From NCBI GenBank assembly GCA_050015635.1, contig JBEKBA010000002.1:1-61143 (forward strand): a stretch of DNA of 61,143 bases, read 5' to 3'. The stretch is from Verrucomicrobiota bacterium. GTDB taxonomy: Bacteria; Verrucomicrobiota; Verrucomicrobiia; Limisphaerales; UBA11358. The notes under the pieces were generated by a model. It was not told the DNA's origin and did no database searches. It saw only the letters and a list, made by a program, of their open reading frames with translations. Positions 9,229-17,065 of the stretch are shown in pieces; the first letter of the stretch is position 1, and the number at the start of each line of letters is the position of its first letter. The position numbers were made by a program, and so were the translations under genes.

Positions 9229-9639
9229 ATGAACGACGAGATCAATCAAGAGATACTGACAGAACTTCGTAGAATCAGGCGCTTATTTAAAGTGTTTTGT
9301 ATTTTCATTATTGTGAGTCTAGTGCCCAGTTTCTATTATGGAATTAGACAGGATTCCTCTCAAGCAGACTCTTGGGAACGGGTTAGGACAGAAATGAGTC
9401 GGCAGGATTTTCCAAAGGCTTTGTCTATGGCGCAGTCATTAGTTTACCGCGAGCCAAATTACGATTACGGGCATACTTACCTTGGGTATGTCTATTTGGC
9501 GATGGGCGACATTACGAATGCAGAGGCACAATATTTGCGGGCAGATGAGTTATTTCCAGATGAGGAAAACGACAAAAATGTGGCTGCGGTTCGGAAACGA
9601 CTGGTGACAGGAACAAGCTTCAATTTACTTTCTAAATGA
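9229..9639 (+). CDS. Hypothetical membrane-anchored TPR-like protein
   Basis: 136 aa with one N-terminal TM helix (FKVFCIFIIVSLVPSFYY). YLGYVYLAMGDITNAEAQYLRADELFP looks like a TPR unit. The gene is visibly AT-richer than its neighbours. Confidence 0.5.
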   Translation: MNDEINQEILTELRRIRRLFKVFCIFIIVSLVPSFYYGIRQDSSQADSWERVRTEMSRQDFPKALSMAQSLVYREPNYDYGHTYLGYVYLAMGDITNAEAQYLRADELFPDEENDKNVAAVRKRLVTGTSFNLLSK

Positions 9640-9966
9640 TGCTTCATTTGTTGTAACAGGTATATTATTACAGTTTCAAGGACGGCCCTCCAGCGCTAAT
9701 CGCAAAGCTGGCCTTACATCGGGCAATCTCATCCAGATAATTTTACCTGCCGGTATCAACGGAATAGGCCGGGGATCAGGAGCGGGGGTAATGCAGCCCG
9801 GCTGCAGCGGTGCTGCAACCCTTCTGCAATGGGGCTGCAGTGGGGCTGCGGCGGGGAAATTGAGCAGCCTCCAACCCTTTTCAGTATGTTTTTTTAACCC
9901 TTTTCAATCTTTTCGTTCGGTTACGCCGGGCGCGCCAAGTTTCTGCCGCGTTTTTTTGTTAAAAAC

Positions 9967-9994
9967 TTGACCCGTGGTCGCGCAACTTTAGCAT
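9967..9994 (+). promoter_or_regulatory. Putative sigma70-type promoter of carA
   Basis: TTGACC (9967-9972), a 16-nt spacer and TAGCAT (9989-9994), 12 nt before the carA ATG region. Confidence 0.3.
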
Positions 9995-10006
9995 CGCGCA
10001 GCCGCA

Positions 10007-11176
10007 ATGAATTTAACAAAAGCCATTCTCGCCCTCGAAGACGGCTCGGTTTTTCACGGCCAAGGTTTTGGTGCGCGCGCCTCCGCGTGTGGCGAAGTCT
10101 GTTTCAATACCTCGATGACCGGCTACCAGGAAATCCTCACCGACCCGTCCTACAAAGGCCAGATCATCACGATGACGTATCCGCTCATCGGCAATTACGG
10201 CGTGAACGCGGTGGATGTGGAATCGTGGCGGCCGCACGCCGCCGGTTTTGTCATCCGTGAACTGTCGCCGGTCGTAAGCAACTGGCGCGCGGATTGTTCA
10301 CTCGCGGAATATCTGGAGAAAAATGGCATTCCTGGCATTCAGGGAATTGACACGCGCGCACTCACAAAAAAACTCCGCGTGCGCGGCGCGTTGAACGGAT
10401 TTATTTCGCCGGAAGAAATTGCGGACGCCGAAGCCGTTTCCTGCGCGAAAAACTGGCCCGGTCTCGCCGGCGTGGATTACGTCAGGGAAGTCACGCACCA
10501 AAGTGCTTTTAACTGGGACGAAAAGGACGAGCAGAGCGCGGCCTTTGATTTGGTTCGCGGAACAAAAAATACCGGCGCGCGCGACGCGCGCAAGCCGTTG
10601 CCGCCCGCCGATATTCCCATTGTCGCGTTTGATTACGGAATGAAATACAACATCTTGCGCCGGTTGCGGCAGCACGGTTTTGCAACGCGGGTTTTGCCGG
10701 CGACTGCTTCCGCCACCGATGCGCTCAAACACAAGCCCGCGGGAATTTTTCTCTCAAACGGCCCCGGCGATCCGGCGGCGCTTGATTATATTGTGCGCGA
10801 AGTCAAGGTACTCGTGGACACGGGCATTCCAATTTTTGGCATTTGTCTCGGCCATCAGATTCTCGGTCAGGCGTTCGGCGGAAAAACCTTCAAATTAAAA
10901 TTTGGCCATCGCGGGGGCAATCAGCCGGTAAAGGATTTGGAATCCGGCAGGGTTGAAATCACTTCGCAAAATCATGGCTATGCCGTTGATCCAAAAACCC
11001 TGCCGTCGGATGTTGCGGTGACCCGCATCAATCTCAACGACCGGACGGTTGAGGGCATGAGCCACAAAACGAAACCGGTTTTTTGCGTGCAATATCATCC
11101 CGAAGCATCGCCCGGCCCGCACGATTCGACGCCGTTGTTCGCCGACTTTCGCGCGCGGATTGAAAGGCGCGGTTGA
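10007..11176 (+). CDS. carA: Carbamoyl-phosphate synthase small (glutaminase) subunit
   Basis: 389 aa. The N-terminal LALEDGSVFHG and the FGICLGHQ catalytic Cys motif, plus HGYAV/QYHPE, are all typical of CarA. Confidence 0.95.
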   Translation: MNLTKAILALEDGSVFHGQGFGARASACGEVCFNTSMTGYQEILTDPSYKGQIITMTYPLIGNYGVNAVDVESWRPHAAGFVIRELSPVVSNWRADCSLAEYLEKNGIPGIQGIDTRALTKKLRVRGALNGFISPEEIADAEAVSCAKNWPGLAGVDYVREVTHQSAFNWDEKDEQSAAFDLVRGTKNTGARDARKPLPPADIPIVAFDYGMKYNILRRLRQHGFATRVLPATASATDALKHKPAGIFLSNGPGDPAALDYIVREVKVLVDTGIPIFGICLGHQILGQAFGGKTFKLKFGHRGGNQPVKDLESGRVEITSQNHGYAVDPKTLPSDVAVTRINLNDRTVEGMSHKTKPVFCVQYHPEASPGPHDSTPLFADFRARIERRG

Positions 11177-11198
11177 AATTTTGTTTCTCGATTTCCGT

Positions 11199-11226
11199 TT
11201 GACTTGAAGCGCGTCGTGACCATAAT
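11199..11226 (+). promoter_or_regulatory. Putative sigma70-type promoter upstream of the FHA gene
   Basis: TTGACT (11199-11204), a 16-nt spacer and CATAAT (11221-11226). Confidence 0.3.
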
Positions 11227-11243
11227 CGTTTTACCGTAAATTT

Positions 11244-11765
11244 ATGGTCAAACTTGTTATCCTGAACCAGGGCATGACGGGTCGCGCGCACGAACTCAAC
11301 GTGGATCGCACCACGATCGGCCGCGTGGAAGATAACACGTTCCAGATAGCCGACCCGTCCGTTTCCAGCCATCACTGCGAGGTGCATTTTCGCGGCAGCG
11401 ACATCGTGATCAAGGATTTGAATTCGACCAACGGCTCCTACGTCAACGGCGAAAAAATCACCGAAAGTGTTTTGAAACCCGGCCAGACCTTGCGGCTGGG
11501 GCAAATCGAATTAAAATTGGAAGCCGAAGGCGCGCTGCCTGCTCCCGCCAAAAAAACGGTCGAATCCACGATGGTCATGCCGCGCGGCGTCAGCTTGAGC
11601 GATTTGGAAAGCGGCGGTCGTCCGCTGGGATTCGACACCAACCAGGCGTTTTCAAAGAAGAAAAACAAGTTTGGCATTTATTTTTGGATCGGCTTTGGCA
11701 TCGTCATTCTCGTGATTATTGCCCTCCTGCTTTACGCGCTTTCGCTGGCCAGCCCGCATAAATAA
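11244..11765 (+). CDS. FHA-domain protein with C-terminal transmembrane anchor
   Basis: TIGRVEDNTFQIADPSVSSHHCEV...DLNSTNGSYVNG is a canonical FHA core. The C-terminal segment IYFWIGFGIVILVIIALLLYAL is hydrophobic. Confidence 0.8.
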   Translation: MVKLVILNQGMTGRAHELNVDRTTIGRVEDNTFQIADPSVSSHHCEVHFRGSDIVIKDLNSTNGSYVNGEKITESVLKPGQTLRLGQIELKLEAEGALPAPAKKTVESTMVMPRGVSLSDLESGGRPLGFDTNQAFSKKKNKFGIYFWIGFGIVILVIIALLLYALSLASPHK

Positions 11766-11779
11766 CCTCCGTCGCGGCC

Positions 11780-12436
11780 ATGAAACCGCGCCTTTCAAAT
11801 CAAAGAAACCGGGCGCTGACGTTGGTTGAAGTGTTGGTGGTAATAGCAATTTTGGCCGTTCTTGCGGCGGTTTTTTTGTCTGCAACAGACGACAACGACA
11901 AAAAGGCCCTGCGAATCAATTGCGTGAGCAATCTCAAACAAATCGGCGTTGCTTATCGAATTTGGGCTGGCGACCACAACGGTAAATATCCAATGCAAAC
12001 CTCTGTAACGAATGGTGGCGCAATGGAATTGATTTCTACTGGAGATGTTTTTGCTAATTTTCAAGTGATGTCCAACGAGTTGAGTACGCCTGAAATTTTG
12101 GTTTGTCCAGCAGATGCGAACCGGGTGGCTGCCACTAATTTCACAACCGATTTCAACAACAGCAAAATCAGCTATTTCGTTGGTTTGGACGCGGTTGATA
12201 CCTCTCCACAAACGTTTCTTTCTGGCGACGACAACTTCGCCGTAGATGGCGTTCCCGTAAAATCCGGCTTGTTGGAACTTTCAACAAATGTTTCAATTTC
12301 TTGGACGGCTGCGCGGCATAAGTTTGCTGGTAATATTCTCTTGGGCGACGGCTCGGTTCAAGAAGTCACCACAAAAGGCCTTCAAAACGCGCTTCAGCAA
12401 ACCCGTTTCGCCCCTAATCGCCTCGCGATTCCGTGA
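11780..12436 (+). CDS. Prepilin-type N-terminal cleavage/methylation protein with H-X9-DG motif (DUF1559-like pseudopilin)
   Basis: N-terminus RALTLVEVLVVIAILAVLAAV (G/A-FTLxE class). The C-terminal HKFAGNILLGDG fits H-X9-DG exactly. This family is expanded in PVC bacteria. Confidence 0.8.
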   Translation: MKPRLSNQRNRALTLVEVLVVIAILAVLAAVFLSATDDNDKKALRINCVSNLKQIGVAYRIWAGDHNGKYPMQTSVTNGGAMELISTGDVFANFQVMSNELSTPEILVCPADANRVAATNFTTDFNNSKISYFVGLDAVDTSPQTFLSGDDNFAVDGVPVKSGLLELSTNVSISWTAARHKFAGNILLGDGSVQEVTTKGLQNALQQTRFAPNRLAIP

Positions 12437-12642
12437 AACTTTTTTACACCGGCCCGGTCGTGAATGCCGAGATGCTCGTCGTCATGCTGGAAAAGCACGG
12501 CATTGCCGCCACTCAAAACTTTGTTGATCCCGACTTGCCGGACGACGGCGATTTGAGCCGGCTGGCAAAGGTTTTTGTGCCGGAGGCCGACTACGACCGC
12601 GCGTTCCAGCTATTTTACGCCGAACGCGAGGACGAGCTTTAG
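12433..12642 (+). CDS. Small DUF2007-like (putative signal-transducing) protein
   Basis: 69 aa, GTG start overlapping the previous stop (GTGA). The pattern LFYTGPVVNAEMLVVMLEKHGI...FVPEADYDRA resembles DUF2007. Confidence 0.45.
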   Translation: MKLFYTGPVVNAEMLVVMLEKHGIAATQNFVDPDLPDDGDLSRLAKVFVPEADYDRAFQLFYAEREDEL

Positions 12643-12672
12643 AGCATTGGCAGAATTGATGGAAATGCTCTA
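12640..12672. repeat. Palindromic element TAGAGCATT-N15-AATGCTCTA (copy 1); terminator-like hairpin containing the upstream stop codon
   Basis: The 9-bp perfect arms lie at 12640-12648 and 12664-12672. The TAG at 12640 is the stop of the 12433..12642 ORF. The same arms recur at 14741-14764. Confidence 0.7.
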
Positions 12673-12718
12673 ATTTTCCTTTCTGGCTTCTGAATCCGGA
12701 CTTCTATATTCTACGCTG

Positions 12719-13871
12719 ATGTTTGAACCCATTTCCGTCCAATTGACGACCGCCACCGACAAACTCGCGCATTTGCGGAGGTTTCTTTGACGTTCCCGCC
12801 ACCCAAAAACGGTTGGGCGAAATCAGCGCCCTGATGGCCGCCGACAATTTCTGGAACAATCGCGAAAAGGCGCAGGCGCTGATGGAAGAGGTCAGTTCGC
12901 TCCGCAACAAAATCGAGCCGCTGCTTCAGGCGGAGAAACATCTGGACGATTTTCGAGTCATGGTCGAACTCGGCGAGGCCGAACCTGCCGATGCCCGGCC
13001 GAAAATTTTTCAGGAGTTGGAACGCGACGTCGCGAATTTTCTCAAGGAACTCGACGCGCTGGAACTGAAGGTTTTTTTGAGCGGCCCGCACGACCGGAAG
13101 AATTGCATCCTGACCATCAACTCCGGCGCGGGCGGCACGGAGGCGTGCGATTGGGCGAATATGCTCCTGCGGATGTATCAGCGGTGGGCGGAATCGCGCG
13201 GCTGGGAAGTGGAAGTCACTGACGCGCTGCCGGGCGAAGGCGCGGGCATCAAGAGCGCGACGCTGCTCATCACCGGCGAAAACGCCTACGGCTTTTGCAA
13301 GGCCGAACGCGGCGTGCACCGGCTCGTGCGCATTTCGCCGTTCGATTCAAACAAGCGTCGCCACACCAGTTTCGCCAGCGTGGACACGATAGCGGAAATT
13401 GAGGAGAACGATTCTGAAATTGTCATTCCGCCGAACGAATTTCAGGTGGACACATTTCGTTCCGGCGGTAAAGGCGGGCAGAACGTGAACAAAGTTGAAA
13501 CCGCCGTGCGTATCACGCACCTTCCGACCGGCCTCGTCGTCGCGTCGCAAACCCAGCGGTCGCAACACCAAAACCGGGCGACGGCGATGAAACTTTTGCT
13601 TTCAAGAATTTACGCGCAACGCCTTGACGCGGCGAAGGCGGAGATGGAACGGTTTTACGGCGAGAAAGGCAGCGTGTCGTGGGGCAACCAGATTCGCAGC
13701 TACGTTTTCCAGCCGTATCGCATGGTGAAGGATTTGCGCACCGGCGTCGAAACAAGCAACGTTCAAGCCGTGATGGACGGCGATTTGGATGCGTTCGTGA
13801 ACGGCTGGTTGCGCGCTGGTTGCCCGACCAAACGGATGCAGGGCGTGAAGGATGAAGAAGAACATAATTAG
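12719..13871 (+). CDS. prfB: Peptide chain release factor 2, expressed via programmed +1 frameshift
   Basis: ORF0 runs from ATG 12719 (MFEPISVQLTTATDKLAHLRRFL) to in-frame TGA 12788-12790. The site reads GGAGG-TTT-CTT-TGA-C, and the +1 frame from 12789 continues DVPATQKRLGEISALMAADNFW... to 13871. SPF and GGQ motifs are present. Confidence 0.92.
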
Positions 13872-13942
13872 CCGCTGGGATGCGAAGAACGCCATGATTT
13901 TGAATTATAGGTAAGGAGTTTCCTGGCGGTTCAAAAAAAACT

Positions 13943-14743
13943 GTGAACATTCTCGATAAAATCGTTGAACAAAAAAAACTTGAAGTTGCGAAATTGCCCG
14001 CGCGCTTGATTGCGGCGGGTGATTTGCGCGATGCGTTGCTCGAACACGGCGAACGACGTGATTTTCTTGCCGCCTTGCGCAAACCGCGGCACGGTGACAT
14101 TGCGTTGATTGCCGAGGTCAAAAAGGCGTCGCCGTCGGCGGGCGTGATTTGCGAAGATTTTAACCCGGTTCGCATCGCCAGGGAATTCGAGGCGGCGGGC
14201 GCGGGTTGTCTTTCCGTTCTGACCGACGAAAAGTTTTTTCAGGGTTCGCTCGATTATCTCCGGCAAATCCGCGCCGCCGTGAAATTGCCGTTGCTGCGCA
14301 AGGACTTCATCATTGATGAACGGCAAATCCTTGAAGCGATCGAATGGGGCGCGGATGCGATTCTGCTCATCACCGCGATTTTGAATGACGGACAACTCGC
14401 GAAATTCCATTCGCTTGCCATCGAAGCCGGGCTCGCGGTTTTGGTTGAAGTTCACGACGAAGCGGAATTGGAACGCGCGTTGAAGATCGGCGCGGAACTT
14501 ATCGGCGTGAACAACCGCGATCTGACAAATTTCAAGGTGGATTTGGCGACGACGGAAAAGCTGGCAAAAAAAATGGGCGCGGATAATTTGCAAAGTAAAA
14601 TCCTCGTTGCTGAAAGTGGCATTCACACTCGCGCAGACATGGAACGATTGAAACAATGCGGCGCGAAAGCGGTTTTGGTTGGCGAATCGTTGATGAAAAA
14701 CGGCGATATCCGGACAAAAGTCCGCGAATTGATCGGCGCTTAG
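13943..14743 (+). CDS. trpC: Indole-3-glycerol-phosphate synthase
   Basis: 266 aa, GTG start, with IAEVKKASPSAG and VNNRDL motifs. Confidence 0.9.
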   Translation: MNILDKIVEQKKLEVAKLPARLIAAGDLRDALLEHGERRDFLAALRKPRHGDIALIAEVKKASPSAGVICEDFNPVRIAREFEAAGAGCLSVLTDEKFFQGSLDYLRQIRAAVKLPLLRKDFIIDERQILEAIEWGADAILLITAILNDGQLAKFHSLAIEAGLAVLVEVHDEAELERALKIGAELIGVNNRDLTNFKVDLATTEKLAKKMGADNLQSKILVAESGIHTRADMERLKQCGAKAVLVGESLMKNGDIRTKVRELIGA

Positions 14744-14764
14744 AGCATTGACGGAAATGCTCTA
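14741..14764. repeat. Palindromic element TAGAGCATT-N6-AATGCTCTA (copy 2) between convergent trpC and pdxA
   Basis: Arms at 14741-14749 and 14756-14764. The first TAG is the trpC stop, and the last CTA is the complement of the pdxA stop TAG. Confidence 0.75.
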
Positions 14765-15754
14765 ACTTTTATTTTCTGCCAGTTGTTTCGCCAGTCGGAT
14801 TGCCGAAATCATGCTCGATGGATCGGCAATGCCTTTTCCCGCAATGTCGTAAGCCGTGCCGTGGTCGGGCGAGGTGCGGATGAACGGCAGGCCGAGCGTC
14901 CAGTTCACTCCGGTGTCAAACGCCACGGCTTTCAGCGGCGCAAGTCCCTGATCGTGATACATCGCAACGACGGCGTCAAAATCTCCGCGCAGGGCGTAAT
15001 GAAAAACCGTGTCGCCGCTCAGCGGCCCGACGACATCGCGTCCGCGTTTTTGTGCGGCGAGAATCGTCGGCGTGATGACTTTGATTTCTTCGTCGCCGAA
15101 TTCACCGCCTTCGCCCGCGTGCGGATTCAAACCGCAAACGGCGACCCGTGCTCGCGGCAATTGCAAATCGCGGCACGCTTGCGCGGCAAGTTCGATGGCA
15201 AGCGTGATTTTCCCCGGCGTAAGTTTTTCAGCAACGGTTTTCAGCGGAATATGGATCGTGGCCAGTGCCACGCGCAGCCAGTGTCCGTGTTTGTCGTGAC
15301 CGAGCAGCATCATCGCGGTGCGATTTGTGTTCGCCAGTCCGGAAAGAAATTCGGTCTGGCCGACAAATTTCTGTCCGGCGCGGTTGATGGATTCCTTGTT
15401 GACGGGCGCGGTGACCAGCGCGTCGAGTTCGCGGCTCAGGCAGCGTTCCGCGCCATCGCGCAGCCACGCGATTGAAGCACGCGCGGCGATTGGCGAACCG
15501 GCGGTCGGATTTTCCGGAAAGGGTTCGCCAAATGGATTGGTGACGAAGAATCGGCCGGCATCGGCGTAACTGGAGAATTTTTTCAGCGGAAGTTTGAGTC
15601 CGAGTTTTTGGTTGAGTTGATCGATGGAATCCGTGTCGCCGATCAATAGGTAGCGCGTTCCGTCATTCGCGGCTTCGGCGGCAAGGGCCTTGAGCACGAC
15701 TTCAGGGCTGATGCCGGTGACATCGCCGAGGGAAATCCCGACCCATCGGGTCAT
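14762..15754 (-). CDS. pdxA: 4-hydroxythreonine-4-phosphate dehydrogenase
   Basis: GLNPHAGEGG and HGTAYDIAGKG motifs. I prefer the ATG at 15754 (MTRWVGISLGD...), which forms an ATGA overlap with the upstream stop. Confidence 0.9.
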   Translation of the reverse strand: MTRWVGISLGDVTGISPEVVLKALAAEAANDGTRYLLIGDTDSIDQLNQKLGLKLPLKKFSSYADAGRFFVTNPFGEPFPENPTAGSPIAARASIAWLRDGAERCLSRELDALVTAPVNKESINRAGQKFVGQTEFLSGLANTNRTAMMLLGHDKHGHWLRVALATIHIPLKTVAEKLTPGKITLAIELAAQACRDLQLPRARVAVCGLNPHAGEGGEFGDEEIKVITPTILAAQKRGRDVVGPLSGDTVFHYALRGDFDAVVAMYHDQGLAPLKAVAFDTGVNWTLGLPFIRTSPDHGTAYDIAGKGIADPSSMISAIRLAKQLAENKS

Positions 15755-16710
15755 GGGATGATGCGGATGTAGTTTTTTTTCTTCAACGAATCGATCCACT
15801 GCTGTTCAAGTAGTTTTTGCTCCTGCGCCCGGAGGGTGGCTTCGATTTCATCACGCACGTCATTGAGCGGCTTGACGTGGGCGGAACGCTCTTGTTCGAC
15901 GAGCATGAGGTAACAGGCTTCGGGCGTTTCAATCACATCGCTGATTTTGCCCGGTTTGAGTTTGAAGGCGGTATCGGCAAGTTCTTTGCGGAGCACGGAG
16001 CGTTCGACCCAGCCCCAATCACCACCCTGGCTGCGTTGCGAGCCTTGCGAATAAAGCGACGCCATTTCCGGAAAGGTCGCGCCTTGTTTGATTTGATCCA
16101 GAATTTCATTGGCCATGCGGCGCGCGTCCATGTCGTCCGGGGAGGCTTTGTTGAGGATGATCATGCGGAGTTTGATTTCGTCCTCGAGTTTGAAGTCGTC
16201 CTGATGCGCGAGGTAATAATTTTCAATTTTGTAGGGTGAGACGATGATTTCCTGCGAGACTTTTTTGGAACGCATAAACGTCACAATGTTTTGATCGCGT
16301 ATCTGTTCGCGATACTGTTCGAGCGTGATGCCCTGTGCTTGCAGGGTCTTGATCAACGTGATGCGGTCGCCAAATCGCTTGCGAATGCTGTCCTGCACCC
16401 AGTCATCAAGGACGCTGTCGGGCAATTTATAACCTTCGACGTCGAAATCATGCAGAATCAACTGGCGTTCAATCAGTTGCTCAAGGCCGTCGTTGAGCAA
16501 CTCGCCGAGTTTTTGCTGGAACACGTCCGGCTGGTCGGCGTATTCGCCCCGCAACGCGTCAATCTCCGGTTCGGTGAATTCCGCAACTTGCGCGTAGGTG
16601 ATGACCGTGTCGTTGACGATGGCATTGATGCCATCGGCCATTTCCGCGCGTACCGGCGCGCCGGGGCAAAGCAAAACCACCAGAATCAGGATGAAACGGA
16701 AGAATCGCAT
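15751..16710 (-). CDS. SurA-like periplasmic chaperone / parvulin-type peptidyl-prolyl isomerase
   Basis: Signal peptide MRFFRFILILVVLLCPGAPVRA, a SurA_N-like region and one PpiC/parvulin-like domain (GGDWGWVERSVLRKELADTAF). The surA-pdxA order matches E. coli. Confidence 0.75.
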   Translation of the reverse strand: MRFFRFILILVVLLCPGAPVRAEMADGINAIVNDTVITYAQVAEFTEPEIDALRGEYADQPDVFQQKLGELLNDGLEQLIERQLILHDFDVEGYKLPDSVLDDWVQDSIRKRFGDRITLIKTLQAQGITLEQYREQIRDQNIVTFMRSKKVSQEIIVSPYKIENYYLAHQDDFKLEDEIKLRMIILNKASPDDMDARRMANEILDQIKQGATFPEMASLYSQGSQRSQGGDWGWVERSVLRKELADTAFKLKPGKISDVIETPEACYLMLVEQERSAHVKPLNDVRDEIEATLRAQEQKLLEQQWIDSLKKKNYIRIIP

Positions 16711-16782
16711 CAATTTTTGAATGCTAGCAACAACCGGCGGAGGGTCAAGCGCGCTGGATTCAAACTGTACCATCACTGGATG

Positions 16783-16968
16783 TCAGAAGGGTCTGTGATC
16801 GAACCAATACAATAACGCGCTCAAAATGGCCGACGCCGCCAACGCGGCGATGACCGTCCATCCGAGAATGAAATTCTGCTTGCGCCGCCAGGCTTTTCCT
16901 CCCAAGCCCGGCAACAGGTAAAAACGGTGGGGCTCTTTTTCGTCTTTGTTCGTTTTGTAGCGAAACAT
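16783..16968 (-). CDS. Small hypothetical membrane protein
   Basis: 61 aa with a basic N-terminus and one TM helix (ILGWTVIAALAASAILSALLYW). It lies directly upstream of, and co-directional with, the surA-like gene. Confidence 0.4.
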   Translation of the reverse strand: MFRYKTNKDEKEPHRFYLLPGLGGKAWRRKQNFILGWTVIAALAASAILSALLYWFDHRPF

Positions 16969-17065
16969 ATTGGAATAGCCACCTTTTTAACAGAAATTGC
17001 CCCCATGTTCAAGCAATGAATAAGAATCCCTGTAACGGCATTTTTCAATGCTGGTGACCGTGAAT

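Noticed and set aside
9781-9960. Possible CRISPR-like or coding nature of the GCTGCA-rich and AACCCTTTTCA repeats (a 59-aa ORF, MQPGCSGAATLLQWGCSG...)
   Set aside because: The repeats are only 6-11 nt long with irregular spacing, and there are no CRISPR-length repeat/spacer units. The ORF has no Shine-Dalgarno and a repeat-driven composition. It is kept only as a possible regulatory region.
12711-14656. Long minus-strand ORFs opposite prfB and trpC (12711..13319, 13513..14175, 13931..14656)
   Set aside because: They are antisense to genes with strong signatures (SPF/GGQ and IGPS motifs) and show arginine-rich shadow-frame composition.
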